The notes: a model not told the origin generated them from the sequence alone. A stretch of 64,000 bases of DNA from Tubiluchus corallicola (GCA_030141605.1 JAQGDQ010000134.1:332816-396815); one strand, 5' to 3'. Positions 38,911-53,970 are shown, numbered from the stretch's first letter. Numbers and translations are program-made.

Positions 38911-41900
38911 ATGGATGTTTTCACGAACTGGTGGAGTGGTGGAACTGAGGAGAAGATATCTTCCGACAAGCCAGAAAAGACAGAGAATCAGAATGAAGAA
39001 TCGGCTGAGCAAAAAACGATAGAAAGCACTGAAGAGGGAGATCGAAATGTTGCCAAAGATGCTGAAAACAGCAAACCAGTCGAAGATACTGAACAGTCAG
39101 AGTCACAGATAGATGGGATAGTTCACGATTTTGAGGATGTGTCAAAAAAGGCTTACAGTACAGCAATGGAGTGGGGTGGTAAGAAAATCTTAAATCATAA
39201 TTGTGATGTTAAACTTATCTAATCACGGCAACCAACAACTTCTCTTAAATGCAAATGCTCACAGTTTTCACATAATGCAGCAAACAATATCGTTACCAAT
39301 TTTGGAATAATTTAGTTTAAATTAATGCATTCACTATGCTGACCACCTTTCTCTAAGACTAAGAGTTTTTGGAACATTAATTGACAATTATTCCAGTACA
39401 AAAAAACAAGAGTCGGCCACCATCCATTTTGCAAAGGAGTCTGAATGCTTGAGTGTTTTATATTCAGAGATGCTTGAAGACACTCACATTTACCTAGTTT
39501 TACTATATACTGCCTTAAAAGAGCTGTATGTCCTTTAAGTGATACCTAGAAAAATCAGTAGTTGGATTATGGCTTTCTTAGCTTATATGGCATAGCACGT
39601 GTGTCAGATTGGAGCCCAATGGCCTAATATGAGTTACACTGTTATTTTGTACATATGTATACAAAAAGTCTATGCCTAATAGGTGTTGTAATAATGCAAA
39701 TAAGCCTGTTGATAGATTTTATGTGGTATCTTATGAGCTTTTTATTAATTGCCTCGACCAGTTTTTGCAAAGGTGTGTCTAAGTACACTTAATTTCTATA
39801 AATTAGGAGAAGTATTTGATATTTACTTACAAATATCATCGTTTTTTTTCAAAACTCTTATTTATACTTCAACTGCCTCTCTTACTTTAATTGTATGTTA
39901 ATTGTTTTGTCTTTAGTGTTTTCATTTAATAAGTAATTTTTGCTTTAATTACAAGCTAGATATAAAATTCATTTTGAAATTTTGTCTCTAATGGTGCATA
40001 ATTATTAAAAAGGCATAGTGTGGATGTATTTAATATATATTATTATGTGATGACCCACGGAACAGGCCACATTATCTAAGAATTAAACGTTTGCTACGAG
40101 TCTGAGGGTTTACACTTTGCAAACACATTTCTACCAGCTGTTTTACTGCATGGCCTTCAGCTGCAGATAATCTCGCTTGATGCATGAAGGACATAACCGT
40201 GTGTGTGATAACCTCAGGGCAAATAAATAACATTCACTAATGCAGCAAGCCAGTGACTAGCCTTGATAATTTTAATAAATTTGCTTTTTTATTGTGCTTC
40301 ATTAACGGGAGCTACTCAGCAACAAAATTTGCTGTATAGGTAAATATAGGCCTACTGAAGAATCAAAGAAGAGATGTGTCTTAAAAATGATAGTTTACTG
40401 GTCAATGAATAGATTGCTGAAAAGTCGAGATTTGAAAAATTGCAAAACATTGAATAGTTAGTTATTACTACAGCAAACATTGGTGTTTATTAAAAGTATG
40501 TTTCTTGGGGAAGCAGGCACATGATGTGCTGCCGCTATAGAACTACTAGACACCAGTTTTGTCACTGCTGAAAATATCTTGCTTTAAATATGTTTTCTGG
40601 TAGCCAGTCTTCTCAATAATGCTACAGCAAGCTGAATAATCATTAAATGTTTAACATACAAACAGAAAATTGCGATACACAAGCACAATAACACAACACA
40701 AAACACATACAAACACAGTAGTATTTTTGTACAAATCTGTAATGTTCTTTAGTAATAATTTATTTGTCTATGACATTTCATAGAATCTATCTACTTTTTT
40801 CAAGTGAATTAAAAAAATTATAATTTTTTGAAAAACTTCACAAATGCATCATTAAATTAAAAAAAATAACATTATAGGACCTTAGTAAGCTGTTTTTAAT
40901 GTAACATGGAGTATGAAAATAAGAAACTATATCTTCTAGTTTTAAAAATAAAAATGGCAGCCAGCACCCACTTAAAAAAAGACATGGCTTTCGACATAGT
41001 TAATGTCACGTCCCATCACCAATCAATTTCTCTTGGTTCTCTTGTTTAGATTTCATATCAAAATTGTTGAGCATAAATTAAAAATATATAGTAACTGTAG
41101 TGTTCAGTTACTAAACTGATGTACAAAGAAGTCATTTGGAAACAATGCATTACACAGATTTTATGCAAAGTCTTCCATGATATGACATGTTTTCTAGGTT
41201 ACCTGTTTGATGTTGCCAGTAAAACAACGAAAACCGTCGCTGACTCTGTAGTGGACACAGCTGCATCAATGAAACATGCCGTTGAAGAACATGTAAGTAC
41301 CAAAATTTTGCTATATCATGTAAAATCATATTTTTGTCATTTGTTTTAAATAAAATGAGTCTTAAACTAAACTGTGCTGTCATGCATGTTGTAATGTTGG
41401 ATGGGTGCACTAGACACTAGTTAAATATTACTTAACACTTCGAAGTAGTTTATTTTGCCTTGAGAGTTTGTAACAATAAGGAATCAGTGCATGTAGAAAC
41501 TGCATTAAGAAGAATATATATAAAATTTTGTCAGCAGAAGAACTTTTTAGGTCTTTTTCTGTCTGTGTCATTTGTTGAAAAAAAAATCTGTGCCTTAACA
41601 ATTTGATCACTCATGCCTTGTTCAAAACAGGCTATGCAAAAGCAAACCAATGTACATTTGTAACCACGTATAATATTACAACTGCCATAGACTATTACTT
41701 TCTTACACTGCATTTGACCAGACTACCAGTAACAACATTGGCACAACAACTGTTGTAACAAACACTGACTGTATGTCAACAATTTTGTATTATTAATTAC
41801 TTTAAAATGAAGGCATTTAATCACACATGTACTAAGCAAAATGATGCAAAATAGTAAATTGTCAGGTTAGTATTTTTTAGTTTTAACATGGTCTGTTTTT

Positions 41901-44900
41901 GCAGTTAGTTTGCCACTTCTTTTTTGCAGCATCATATAAGCTGAATACTAATTACTACATGTTTAATTGTATTTTTTTGTTACATCTGTGATTTTAGCAT
42001 CAGAAATTGTGCCCCTGATCATCAATTTTGTCGTAAACTAGACACGGACACTTTGAGAGCCAATCCATTTAGTTGCAAATCGAGTAATCTGCCAACAACT
42101 AATCTGTGTATTCATTTCAGTCCATTCTTGGTGATTTCAACAAAGAGCAAGACAAATTTGTGGAAGAAAAGAGGTCAAAGCGATCCGAGGCAGCCGTACC
42201 TCCGTGGATCGGTTATCACGAAGAGGAACAGATGAAGAAACAAATTTTGTCTCTGTCGCAAGTAAAACATCGATATTGATAAGTTTGCCTGGTTGTCATT
42301 TTTTTACTGCAAAAGATTATAAAACTGCCCAAGTTATCTCGTTTATTATCTTATGCCAATAAAAACTGTCTAGTGAAGGTTTTTCTTCTTGGAGATAAAT
42401 GAAGACCTAAATGGTTTAAAAATGATAAGTTGAAGCCATATTGATACTGTTGTTGTTGTCAAGTGTCAATTTTTCAATTTTTTTTGAAAATCAAACTACC
42501 AGTCATGTCCTCACTACCACTTTGTGTATCAATTTTTGTGCATCATTATCAGTTTTTTTAATTATTTTAAATTTTTCTTGTGTTGTACATTGGCTGCCCA
42601 TTTTGGCAACTCATTATGGAAGCCCATCTTCAAAACCGGTAGTTTATTAATTTTAAAAGTCACCTTATGTGCAAATATGTAAATTTGAAATCATTATATG
42701 CAAAATTTATATGCAGAAAAATTCACTACCTAGAAATCTTTTGTTTAGAGAGTAATTTTTGTAAACCTAATAAATGACATCTTCTTTTTTATTTTATGTA
42801 AGCCTATTCAAAGTCATCACATTTTTAATCTGAATGAGTTAATATGACCTTAAAGTAAAATCAGCATACAGCAACAAGTTTTTTCACTGAAGTACTGAAC
42901 GACTGAAGTACATTCAGTGAGAGCACTGAAGATCCGCTGACATGGCCGGTGAAAGGGCAAGGCGACCTAGGAGATTGCCCTCGCATTTTAAGGGGCCTCG
43001 CGCTTTGACCTTCAAAATTTTTTACCTGCTTACAGCTTGCGGTACAGGAGATTGTGAGCGATTTTGCCTCAAGGAAAGCCGGGAAAGTTAACTTATCCCA
43101 ATGTAGTAGAATACTTCAGTATATTCATTTGTTTGTTTTAGGAATTCAGTGTATACAGTTTAGTGGGCTCTAAAGAACTTTAATAAAAATTCTAAATGTC
43201 AATGAATAATGTTATTTTCATTTTAACTAGGAAATACACTTTAATTGCCATAAAATTCCTAGAATTTTACCTTATTTTTCAAAATTTTTTGGGACTTCGT
43301 CCCCTTATCCCCCCGCTAGGGACTCTGCCCTGGACACTGTAGCGGGCTTTGCCACCAAACCCACCAGCCTAGGGCCTCGCATTTCCTCTCACCGGCCCTG
43401 CCCGCTGATCCATACTGGTCTCGTTGACCCAAGGTAATGAAATTGTAAAAGTTGTCTGACTAAAAACTTCTCTAGTTTAATAATAAATACACCATTGTAA
43501 ACTTTCGTCTTCGTCTTCACAGAGTTATTGTTATAAACTTTTAATTCTGGAATTTCTCTTTGCTATGCATTTTGGAAGCTACTCTTGCGCAAAGCTGTTG
43601 AGTTGTTTGTGGTATTTTCGATGTTTTGTGCCAATACTTTCATGCAAATTGCTTTCCTTTTAGGACAAACGAAACTTTCTACGAAATCCTCCACCCGGAG
43701 TACCCTTCACTTTCGATTACCAAACTTCTTATCCCGTTGCCATGGCCACATTGAAAGAAGATCCTAACTTAGAAAAAATGAGATTTGAGCTTGTACCTAA
43801 AAAGTGAGTTGGTTTTGACCTTGTAAACAAAACGATATTTATACTGTTTTCACACTGCACTTTGCAAGCTTTTAGGTGAGTCAGTAGTTAAGATAGTTAG
43901 TGTCAGATAATGTATTGGCAGCATCTGACCACTCTGTTAGTCGTATCAAGTTCAGAAGTAAACTATCTATGATTTTAGAAAAGTCGGTGAACTCTTTGGT
44001 ACATACGTTTCGAAAAAAAGAATATTTATGAAGTAGGCGTATATGTAGTGTCTATAACTACTTGCACTAATTGTGTATTTTTTACACGTGTGCATTGAAG
44101 TCACTCGGCACTATTAGCGAACTCTACTCTTTGTCTTTATTGGGATGAGAATGAGATTAGTTTTGAAACTGGAAGAAATTATACCTGTTGTTCTATTCTT
44201 TAGCATAAACGAAGAAAACTTTTGGAGGAATTACTTCTATAGAGTGTCATTAATTAAACAGTCATCGCAGCTTACGACTCTTGCACAACAGACTGGTGAG
44301 TGAAATAGTAAGCTAAGTCTCGAGTAATGTTTCTAGTAAATATTTAGTGTTTAAGTGCTATCCTACTCTGAGAGAAATTTGTAGCAAACTAATACTTCAT
44401 TACTTCCATGGACAGTCCAGCATTTTTTATGAAAAGGTAACTTTTCAGAAAATTTACACTTCGTAATTCGCATTATTTAACACCACTTACAGAAAATTTT
44501 CATTCTGGCAGTAAATTTGCTTTATGTAGAAACATTATCTCTAGTTTTTAGAAATACTGCTTGATGTCCAGCAGGTTTAGGAGCCCTGTATGTCGGTGAA
44601 CGGCAGCAGACCTAGTGTTAAAAAACAATGGTGGTGGTGCAGCCTAAAATTCACCTTTGCAGGAAAGGGACAGTCTACTTTTATAGATTTCTGAAACAAA
44701 CTTTGTCACCCTTCCTGATCCTATTTCAGAACCCAAATCTCCTGGATTTTGGTTGATGAATTAGAAAGTAGTGTGTCATTCTACATAAGTTGAAAGCTTC
44801 CTCTGCACTGTGTTTGTGCTCTCCTATATCTAAGCATGGGAATTGTTTGCTTGCTTGATTTTATTTGCTTTTAGACAAGATTGCAAAGGCTTTTCCTACA

Positions 44901-47900
44901 GCTAAATGTCATTTGTGCATTACCGCAATTTAAACAGGGTAGTGTGTAACTGTGTATGTCATACATTAGCTTAAAATCAAATCTAAATTAGAGATTTTTT
45001 GCTTCCTTAACTTTGTTAGTCCACAAAAAATTGTGCTTTTTAACAATAACCAGAATGCAAAATCTAAACAAGGTTGATAGGCTTTATGTTTTGGAACATT
45101 TGCATTTATTAGACACATTTAAACAAATTACAAATGATTTACAGCATATTCAACTCTTTCAATTTCATTTTCCAGTTTGAGCTAATAAAGCACATATAGC
45201 CTCAGTGCACATATGCTAGTATCCTTATTAGGAGTGAGCTATGGTTTCAGTCACACATGTAGCATGCATGCTAATATACTGTATTTTTTGCAATTTTAGG
45301 CACCTTTAAGATGTATGCAAGGCAAAATTTGTCCTACAGCCATTTTTTATTTATTGCAATTAGAGTCTTTAATAATACGTGTGCTTATACGTGACCTTTT
45401 TTTTAATTTATTTCGTAATCTTCAAAGTACAACGAATGATTTTTCTTGTACAACAAAATCACGAGAAAGTAGTAAAAATATAAAATTATAGTGTTGGCCA
45501 TCTTATGCTGTCTGCACACCCCATGTTACGACACTGATATTACATGCATTCTTTAAGCTATTAGGTGGCGGTTTGGCATTAAATCAATTATGCTAGAAAT
45601 TGCTGTTGTGTTGCTTGTACTAACCATTGCACTGTTTGTATGTAGGTTCCACTGGTGAATGTCGAACCCCTAGTGCTCCTAGCAAAGGTACATTAGAGAG
45701 TATTATTCGTAGTACACGTATATCTATGTTAAATTTCTTTACCGTATGTTTATGTTTTGTCATAGAGTTTGAAATTGCAACTCTAGCTAAAGGCTTACAA
45801 AAATCAGTTACTTGCTTGTTGGTAGCAAGTAGACATGAACATCGATTGTACTTTTAGTTCTAATATTCATTACATATTTTTTTATAATAAAAACATTCGT
45901 TTAATTGGTCTGTAATTATAATAATGTGACTTTTGATTTCCCATGACTTATTAATCAACTCCTTATTGATTTGATAGTAGTGTTGCTCCGGATATTTGAT
46001 TCATATCTGAAAATGGCGACATTCACGAGATTTTGCAGCTATTCATATCTGATATTATCCGGTAGTTATAAAAATTTGATGTTCCAAAATATTCATTATC
46101 CGGTTTTTGTAATGTGCAATTGAAAATGGTTTTAGAATAATTTCGTTTCAGCCTATGTTTGTGTTTTCGAGATGAAAATTTTACATACATCTTTTTTCGT
46201 TTGTGTGTGGCAACATTTACTAATTTTTCATTATCCAAACTAATCCACATATTCAATCCGAATTTAGCTAACCTATCCGGTTTTAATCCGAATCCGGAAG
46301 TTAATTTTAGGAAATATTCTATGATATCTGGTATTCACTATCCGGCAAAAAAGTGTATCCGGATCAACACTATTTGATAGCATATTAAATGTTCAGCTTC
46401 TGTGTTAAAGTTTGTGGTACTTTATCCAAAAAAAGTTGATGGACCATGCACCAATATTGTTTTTATAAATTTTCTTTGGAAGTTGGGCTCAGTGTGTTGA
46501 GTTTGAGAACTGATCCTGCTATAATTTATTTCACCTTCAAGTACTACTAAAATAAGTGCAAAGAGTGTCCTGTCATTTCCATGTAACAGGCTGGATATCA
46601 CATAAGAATGCCAAAATTAACACATATATACCTCCATTGTATTTATAATTTATACTAAATTCAGTCACATTTGCAGATACTGGCAGCTTGCCTAGGGAAA
46701 TTCCCACAAAACCGTCAGAGTCGGAAGACATGCCACCAGACAGTCCAGCTGCAGCTGAGTTTGTGAGCGATGCTTTTGCGGGACCAGTGAATGCAGAAGA
46801 AATTAAAAATGGAATGAAACAACTTGGAATGGATGACAAAAAAGGTAAGAAACATCGGCTGGTCCATTTTATTGAAAAAAAGTAGGGTGTGTCAAATTCT
46901 TTATGCCAACTGAACTACAAAGAGTAATCCTCTAAACAATGCGAGGCTGTGGCATTCATTGATGCAATGAAAAGTTGTAAATGTGAAAGTGAATTTGTCC
47001 TTCACATTTTTACAGAGTTATTGCAGTAACACATCCTAGGTATTCGGTTCCATTTTTGTATTTTTTGTGTCAAATTTTTATTTGACAATTTACTATACAA
47101 AATTTTAGTTTTTAGACTATTAGTTAACTGTGCAATAATTCCCAATTATAAAATTTTAGGCAAACATTAACGTAAAAATTTGTTAGCAAGCTGTTAAGAG
47201 CTGTCATGATTACAAAAAGCTGCATTGTCAGGTATAATTAGGCTTATGTTCGAAAGTCTCCGTTTCAAATCAATGGTCCAGTTCAGGTTCAATTCCCATA
47301 TTTTTAATTTTGTATTTTTTTCTTAATTTTTTTCTATACTTGTACGTAGCTGCTGATTCGATCTTTACTGTGGATTTCTAACATTTGGGTTGAAGCCTAT
47401 ACTTTAAATGTTGACCACATAATCAGTGGTGGTTCGTAGCTAAAATTAGTGGGGGTGCTGCCTCAAAAAAATTTTAGCCATTGTTTTAATATTGTGTAAA
47501 ATGAAACAAACATATAAAAAGAAAATTTATACATAAACTTGATAAAATCCTAAACAAAACACTTGCACATGAGTGACAGTGCACTCTTTACTTAGCATGC
47601 AGCTTTTTAACTGGGACACGTGCTCATAGCCGCATGCGCACAACAGTCAAACACCTTGCTCAAACTGTGAAGCACACAGTTTTACGATTTTTGTAATTTT
47701 TCGTGAACTAGGGGACGTCTAATGACATTAAGCTTAAAAATTGCACAATGTACAAGTATAAAGAAAGAATTAAAGAAGCCAAGACTCATTATATTGAATG
47801 TTATAGACAATATTGAGTGAAAAAAGAGGGTGCTGCAGTTCCGCAGTGCCTATACATGAGCCACCACTGCACATAATTTTTACTCACAGATTGGTTGATT

Positions 47901-48074
47901 TTATTTCAAACCACTTCTGTTTATTCAGAAAATGAAGAAGACGTGGCTGAATGGGAAAAGGAACTGCAAAAAGAACTGCAGGAATATGAAGTAGTCGACG
48001 ACGAAAACTCCGATCCTCAATTAGAGAAAGAAATTCAAGACATGCTAGAAGCGGAAGAGGCGCAGACCAAGTAA
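38911..48074 (+). CDS. SYAP1: Synapse-associated protein 1 (Sap47 homolog, BSD domain), ~363 aa
   Basis: Exons 38911-39178, 41198-41292, 42121-42261, 43664-43803, 44204-44295, 45646-45687 (possible cassette), 46677(or 46665)-46844, 47929-48074, all phase-consistent GT-AG. Motifs [66 protein letters not shown] (BSD), [22 protein letters not shown]. Confidence 0.95.
42941..43400. mobile_element. hAT MITE (CAGGGCCGG-type termini)
   Basis: CATGGCCGGTGA / TCACCGGCCCTG inverted ends; flanks TCCGCTGA / CCCGCTGA (7/8); GGGCCTCGC subterminal repeats. Confidence 0.85.
45978..46372. mobile_element. hAT MITE (TAGTGTTG termini)
   Basis: TIR TAGTGTTGCTCCGGATA / TATCCGGATCAACACTA; perfect 8-bp TSD TTTGATAG (45970-45977, 46373-46380); many TATCCGG repeats. 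Confidence 0.92.
47424..47869. mobile_element. hAT MITE (CAGTGG termini), sister of 13902-14710
   Basis: CAGTGGTGGTTC / GAGCCACCACTG; perfect 8-bp TSD CACATAAT (47416-47423, 47870-47877). Confidence 0.92.
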
Positions 48075-49399
48075 AGTGTAGTGACAATAGTACATTTACT
48101 AATATTATGGTGATATAATTTGTAATATATATGGGAATTTTTTCAACTTTTAATAGCACGTCAACTAATAATACCAAGTTGTAAATTTATAGTATATGTA
48201 TGTTGAACATATTTGAACTTTGACAGTAAAAAAATTTATTTTAGAGGTTTACACGTAATAATATAGCACATAATATCACATTATGACATTTGCTATGCAA
48301 TTGTGCGCTTTAAAATATACATTAATAGAAGTCTGTCATGTTTTATACAAATTTACGAAATTTTATATATTTGGAAGGATGGTTTATGGACATTTCTGAA
48401 ACATTCCTCAAATTTTCTCCTACGATTTGTCTCTTAATCTTGTACTGACAATTGCACCATAAGTATTGTGTACTTAGTGACTGAAGTTAAGCAATGCAGA
48501 GTCTACTTAGTAAATGCCTGATGCGTAAAGTCATTGTTAAACTATTTCATTTGCCAAGACATGGCTAACAACCGTTTACCGATTCAGTATTTTATCCTAA
48601 TGGATTGTTGTTGATAGCCAACTACATTCCTGTCCTGCCACAATTACTGACATGATAAGCTTTGTCATTAAATATTGAAGACTGGCTTGTAGTGCATGAA
48701 AGTGCATTAAATGTTATAATCAAAAGAATGACAAACTTATAGTTTCCAGATTGAAACAAAATATGCATTTTACAAAACCTTGTTAATTTAATTTAATTAA
48801 AAACTGATTAATATAAAAATTAGTTTTATGCAAAGACGACCATTTTAGTCAACATAAAACTGATACTGACTGTATTATTAAAAACAATCATATTTCTTAA
48901 ATTTTCTTTAAGTAGTGCATTATTTGTAGTATGATTTGACTGCATTATATACTTTATTGGCTAGACACAGCATATTGCTTGGGTTAATACGATACAAATC
49001 TATAAATAGTTTAAACACATCTGGCAGTATGTTAAGAACAAATGTACAGTTTATCGCGGACTCGCTGTTTTGGGGGTTTTCAAAGAATATTATAAAATAT
49101 AAAAAATTACCATTTATAGTAAATAGTGTATTTATTCGGCGGATGAATACACACCAAAAACGAAATGTAGTACTTGTGCCCGCTTGAGATGCTACTTGCC
49201 GACATGAGATTGTACACAACACACGATTGGTTGATTGACTGAAAGCGACCAACCAGAGAATGTTGCTCTGTATCCCAGTCGCTAATTGGCTCAGGTACTG
49301 TGCAATTTGTTTTCTTGTACTCTATTTGTGAAATTTTCACTAGAGGCTGAACTTATTCAAGCCCTACGATGCCACCCAAACGTGTAAGTATTAAATAAG

Positions 49400-49479
49400 T
49401 ATAGCGTCCCTACTTTGCGGAAATTCACTTATCGCGGGTGGGCACCTGGAACACCTGCGATAAGTGAGGGAACACTATA
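49400..49479. mobile_element. Tiny Tigger/pogo-like MITE remnant
   Basis: Inverted CACTTATCGCGG / CTGCGATAAGTG and a Tigger-like end GAGGGAACACTATA. Confidence 0.4.
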
Positions 49480-50449
49480 TATCAAACATTTTACCCCCAT
49501 GGAACTTACAAAAGTCATAATTAGGTGGAGAAACACTATAGGCAATATAATAACAGCATTTAATATTCAATTTAAAACTTTTATTTAGGTGTTAAAAATT
49601 TTTTGAAAAAAAGACTGGTGATTTTTATAAATGCCAGAAATTAAACACAATAAATAAAGCCAGATTAGTTTGCACTTATTGGGTTTTATTTGACACTTTA
49701 TTTCTATGAAATGTTGCTGGTAATGATAATACTTTGTACCTACACAGTCAGGAGTGTGGAAGAAATATCTTAACCCTTCCATTTTTGCTTATTTTCTTAC
49801 CATTTTTGTTTTTTTTCCAGATGTTATAATTATTGAAAAAGTTTAGTATACTAAAAAACAGGTTAGATATAGATGAAACACTCCTTTTCCACTTTTCCCT
49901 TATATGATCGCAGAGAAAGAGCAAAATGAGTAAAAGCGGTGTTATGTTATCGCACGTAGTTTCACAATGCTAGCTTTTTAACCTGGTTGCAAAGAACTGT
50001 CGGGTTATTTCTTTAGTGTGTAATATAAGATAATATATTATGTGTATATATATATATCTATAGAGATACCACTTGTTTTACAATATGCAGAGGGGAAAAG
50101 CAGCTACAGTAACTTACACTGCTGATTGTAATAATGACATGTCAGTGTACAATTTGTAAAATAAAGATGATCTGTGTGATATCAATTACTTTTCTATCGA
50201 ATTATATCGAAACTGTTTTTTACAAATACATCCTGTACATAGTTCAATGAACACTGTTTTTCAACCAGTTGACACTTCTCGAGTATACATGCAATAACCA
50301 ACGTTAATACAAGCACTTTTAATACATACGCGTTTTGAATAAGCATACATGCTGTTCAACTTGCATATGCAAAATACTGGTATTTTGTTCTAGCCACAAC
50401 ATTAGCTGTTTGCAGCCAAAGTTGAGTGAGTTAAAAGGCATCTCATTGA

Positions 50450-53400
50450 CTACTCCATTTCCAGTAATCTTTGTTCAACAAGTCTGGTGAAAGCAGATGG
50501 CATATTCATTTCTTGTATGTACTGACCTGTAAAAGAAGGTCAATTAATACAGGTACAATACTAAAATTCTGTATAAAGCTATGTACTCTTATCGGCTGCA
50601 GACTGCATCATTAACAGCCACTGTACATGTTTGCAGAATCAATGACTAGGGGTGGGGGGAGGAAGGCTTGGTCGAGACCGCATTTATCTGCTTTCTTTAT
50701 AATATAACAACTTTGTTTATATACTGTATATTTAGAAAAAGTCTTGCATACAAATTTAGCAGACTGCTCAACCCCAGAAGATGGCAGTCTTGGAAATTTT
50801 TTGGAAAACTAAAAAGTCTGGAGATTTCTAATCAAATATGTAAGACCAAGTTATGATCACTATAGCACTGAAACTTTCTAAAACTTTTTCTCAGTCTTTT
50901 TCTGACTATAAACATATTTACAAAAAAGAATTAACTTGTAGGTAAATAATTTAAAACACATCATTATTAAAAGTGGCTGTTCTTAAACAAATTAAAAATT
51001 AAGTGCACCCTTCTGAATATTTCTTTGAATATTATTCCGTGCGACAGACATTCTGTTTATAGAAAAACTGATCTAGTTAAATGTAAAACAGTTTGGTCAT
51101 AAATTTGCAGAAAAAAGCAGAATAATGTCACTTGCTTTACAAATTTGGTTGTTGGTTATATCGTTTTCAATGCAAAATGAGCTTATTAAAGAGGTCATTT
51201 GAATGTGACAGCATTTTTATAGGACTTACATGATGGTTCCAGAACTGCTACCCCCATTCTATTATGCTATTATGTGAAGGATTTTGTAGGAGCGATTAAA
51301 CAGAGTTTATTGCCATGTAAACCTATCCTGGAGTAACAAACAAACAAACTTACTCAACTGTTCCACTGCTTCCACACATACACTTGGATACATGGATTTT
51401 TTGTAAATTGCTACCACAAGATAAGTGCTGTTTCGTCTCATCACAATGCCGCCATCCTCCTGCAAAACATGCGATTAATTTAGGCTTGCAGTTTAGTGCA
51501 ATAATCTTAGATGCAGTCAATATTATGTTGCATTCCATATTATGAAATTAGGAATAGTGCTCAACAAGAATTTGTTTCTACATAATATGTTTTAGAACTA
51601 AAAAAAACCCTCAAAAATAGGAACATATCTACAACTTATCACATGGCTTGGATTTTGGTCTTCTTATCTCTAATTCGTGAAAAGAATTATCAATGTCGTG
51701 CACATTGGCCCACAAACATTGAGTAAACTAACAGGCAAAAATGAATTGTGCAAAATGTGCAGACTGTCACTCATGTTTGAATGCAATGTTGAATACCGGT
51801 ATCTGTTAGCCCAATGTGTTTCCTAGTGCTCATTATTATTAAAAATCACCAGCGTAATTGTGCGCTCACAGCACCAGTAGCAGGAATCGAGTAGATTTGA
51901 AGTAACCTGAGTATCAGGATGAGTCCTAATTCATAGTGCAGTCTAGTTTAGTTTAGTCTAGCATTCAAGACTTCCATCTCTTCAAAGCATGGATGAAAAC
52001 TATACAAACAGTAATTGTTGTCACAGTAATTTGTAATGATGTAAATGAGTCGGTCACGTAGCTAATAGGGGAGCAAATGCTCTCCCTGAGCACATTTTTC
52101 AAAATTGGGGCCTTTTCAACAATTTTTTTAACTCTTTAGTTTTACTTGTGTGGTAAAATTTTAATCCTTATTTTTTTTAATCGCATGGCATTTTCCGCAT
52201 GAAAAATTTTCTGGAGACATTACTTTGTTTGACAATCTGCGTCCCGTGTTTCTGAAATGAGCTTGCATTTAAGCAACTCATTTGTCAAGGTTGACTGGGC
52301 CAGAAATCAAATGACCCCAAATCTAATTATTGTGCTATATTCTTCTCACACGCTGTTACTGTCTATTGTGGCATAGACAAGCATATAATTCATAATATGC
52401 GTTATGTGTCACGGCACCTTTTTTATGTGTTTACTTCCCCTAATTTCAGAACATGACTACGCCTCTGAAATTAGTTTATGAAAGTTTGAATGGTGCTGAC
52501 AGGAACGACAGCAATTTTTAATGAGAAGTTTGAGCTTGTTACAATTGCTGTACTAGTTTATGTTAAATTTTGTCTAAGTTTACTGCACTTACACTTAAAG
52601 GACAAATACAGCATGTTTTATGAAGTTTCAGTTTTACACAAAAACAGAAAGCAAATGCTCTAACTAACATTTTCTGACACTTTTAAATTTTTCTTGGTGG
52701 TTTAAATACGAGGAAATCGGGTGTGAAGATGTCAAAATAAAAAAAAATTGTCAGTTGACACATCTGGTCCTTCAACTGTTAACTACTCAAGTAAGCAATG
52801 TTTTAATAATGAACCTAAGAATTGTACAGTTTTTGGTAAATGTATGCTAAAATAACGTACATGCTTGCCATAAATTGCATTCTTGTCGGCACGAATAGGA
52901 GTGTAACGTTTTCCATCAAATTCTATTCCTTTCTCTCGAATTGAATTCAAGTTACGAAAGGCTTTGACCAGTGCCATTCGCTCTGGGCGGTCCGGCTGTT
53001 ATAAAATAAAAAGTCGCGTTTTGAAATCTCTTTGGTAAATATGTACGTGCATAGTGCCATAAACAAGTGCAAACATTTTAGAATAGCAGGATGCTCCTAA
53101 CTTTAGTAATCACATTTTACTTAGACGTATATTAATGCACAAAGCCCTAGAAATCCCTTTAAATACCATTCAAAGTAAGTAGCAGTACAAACATACTTAG
53201 TGAGTGAGTTGGTTAGAAAGTGTAGATAGTTCTACCTGCTCATTTTGTGTTACATCAAAAATCATAAAAATGTAGATATAGCTGTTTGCTCAATTAAAAT
53301 GAAATTGCATCCGTTGTGTGATTGTTATTAATCCTAATTATTCACATCTTAATGCTAATTATTCACATGGGGACACATTTGGTTTTGTTTGCTTATTTAC

Positions 53401-53970
53401 TTTGTGATTACATAATAAAGTTTCTGCCATAGATGTAGATTTACAAAGAGGAATGAGGTAAAACAGTAGGCAATGAAAAACCATTGTAACTGACAGCCAT
53501 TAGGAAGCAGGATGCGAAAAAGGCATTGAATCAGTAGGAAATAGGTATTTTGGCAAAATAAATGCCAGGTATGCAGACTGAAACACATGCAGACAGAGAG
53601 CTGGTACACAGAGAAGTAGGCAGAAGATTTACTAAGCCTTATGCACGTAAATCATTCTGAAATAATTCTGATTGTTTGAAAGAGACTGATGAATTTTCTC
53701 TTGACTGTGATTGCATAAGATGTCTTGGCCCTAGAACACAAGTAGATCAGTAAGCTAGCCTTCATAATGTTCTACTAAACAGACTGCTTAACAAGCAAAT
53801 AAGTTATTAATTTTATTTATCAGAGAAACAAGATACATTTTTACCTTGAAAGCATGAGAAGATGCTGCTAACAAAAAGCCTGCTAATTTGATGATGCAGC
53901 ATTTATGTACATGTCCAGTCTGCACTAAACCCTCTTGTAGCAAATTCTGTAGGTTATTTATGTTGCTCAT
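50450..53970 (-). CDS. PFN4: Profilin-4-like protein, 147 aa
   Basis: Exons 53845-53970, 52861-52995, 51354-51459, 50450-50526 (phases 0,0,1). LQNLLQEGLVQTGHV..IIK, REKGIEFDGKRYTPIRADKNAIYGK, YLVVAIYKKSMYPSVCVEAVEQL match the PFN4-type profilin pattern. Confidence 0.9.
52051..52467. mobile_element. Degenerate hAT MITE
   Basis: Right end GACTACGCCTCTG, left CGGTCACGTAGC; flanks AAATGAGT / AAATTAGT (7/8). Confidence 0.6.

Noticed and set aside
40047-40105. C/D snoRNA-like pair GTGATGA...CTGA in a SYAP1 intron
   Set aside because: No terminal stem, no clear C'/D' boxes and no recognisable rRNA complement; such motifs occur by chance.
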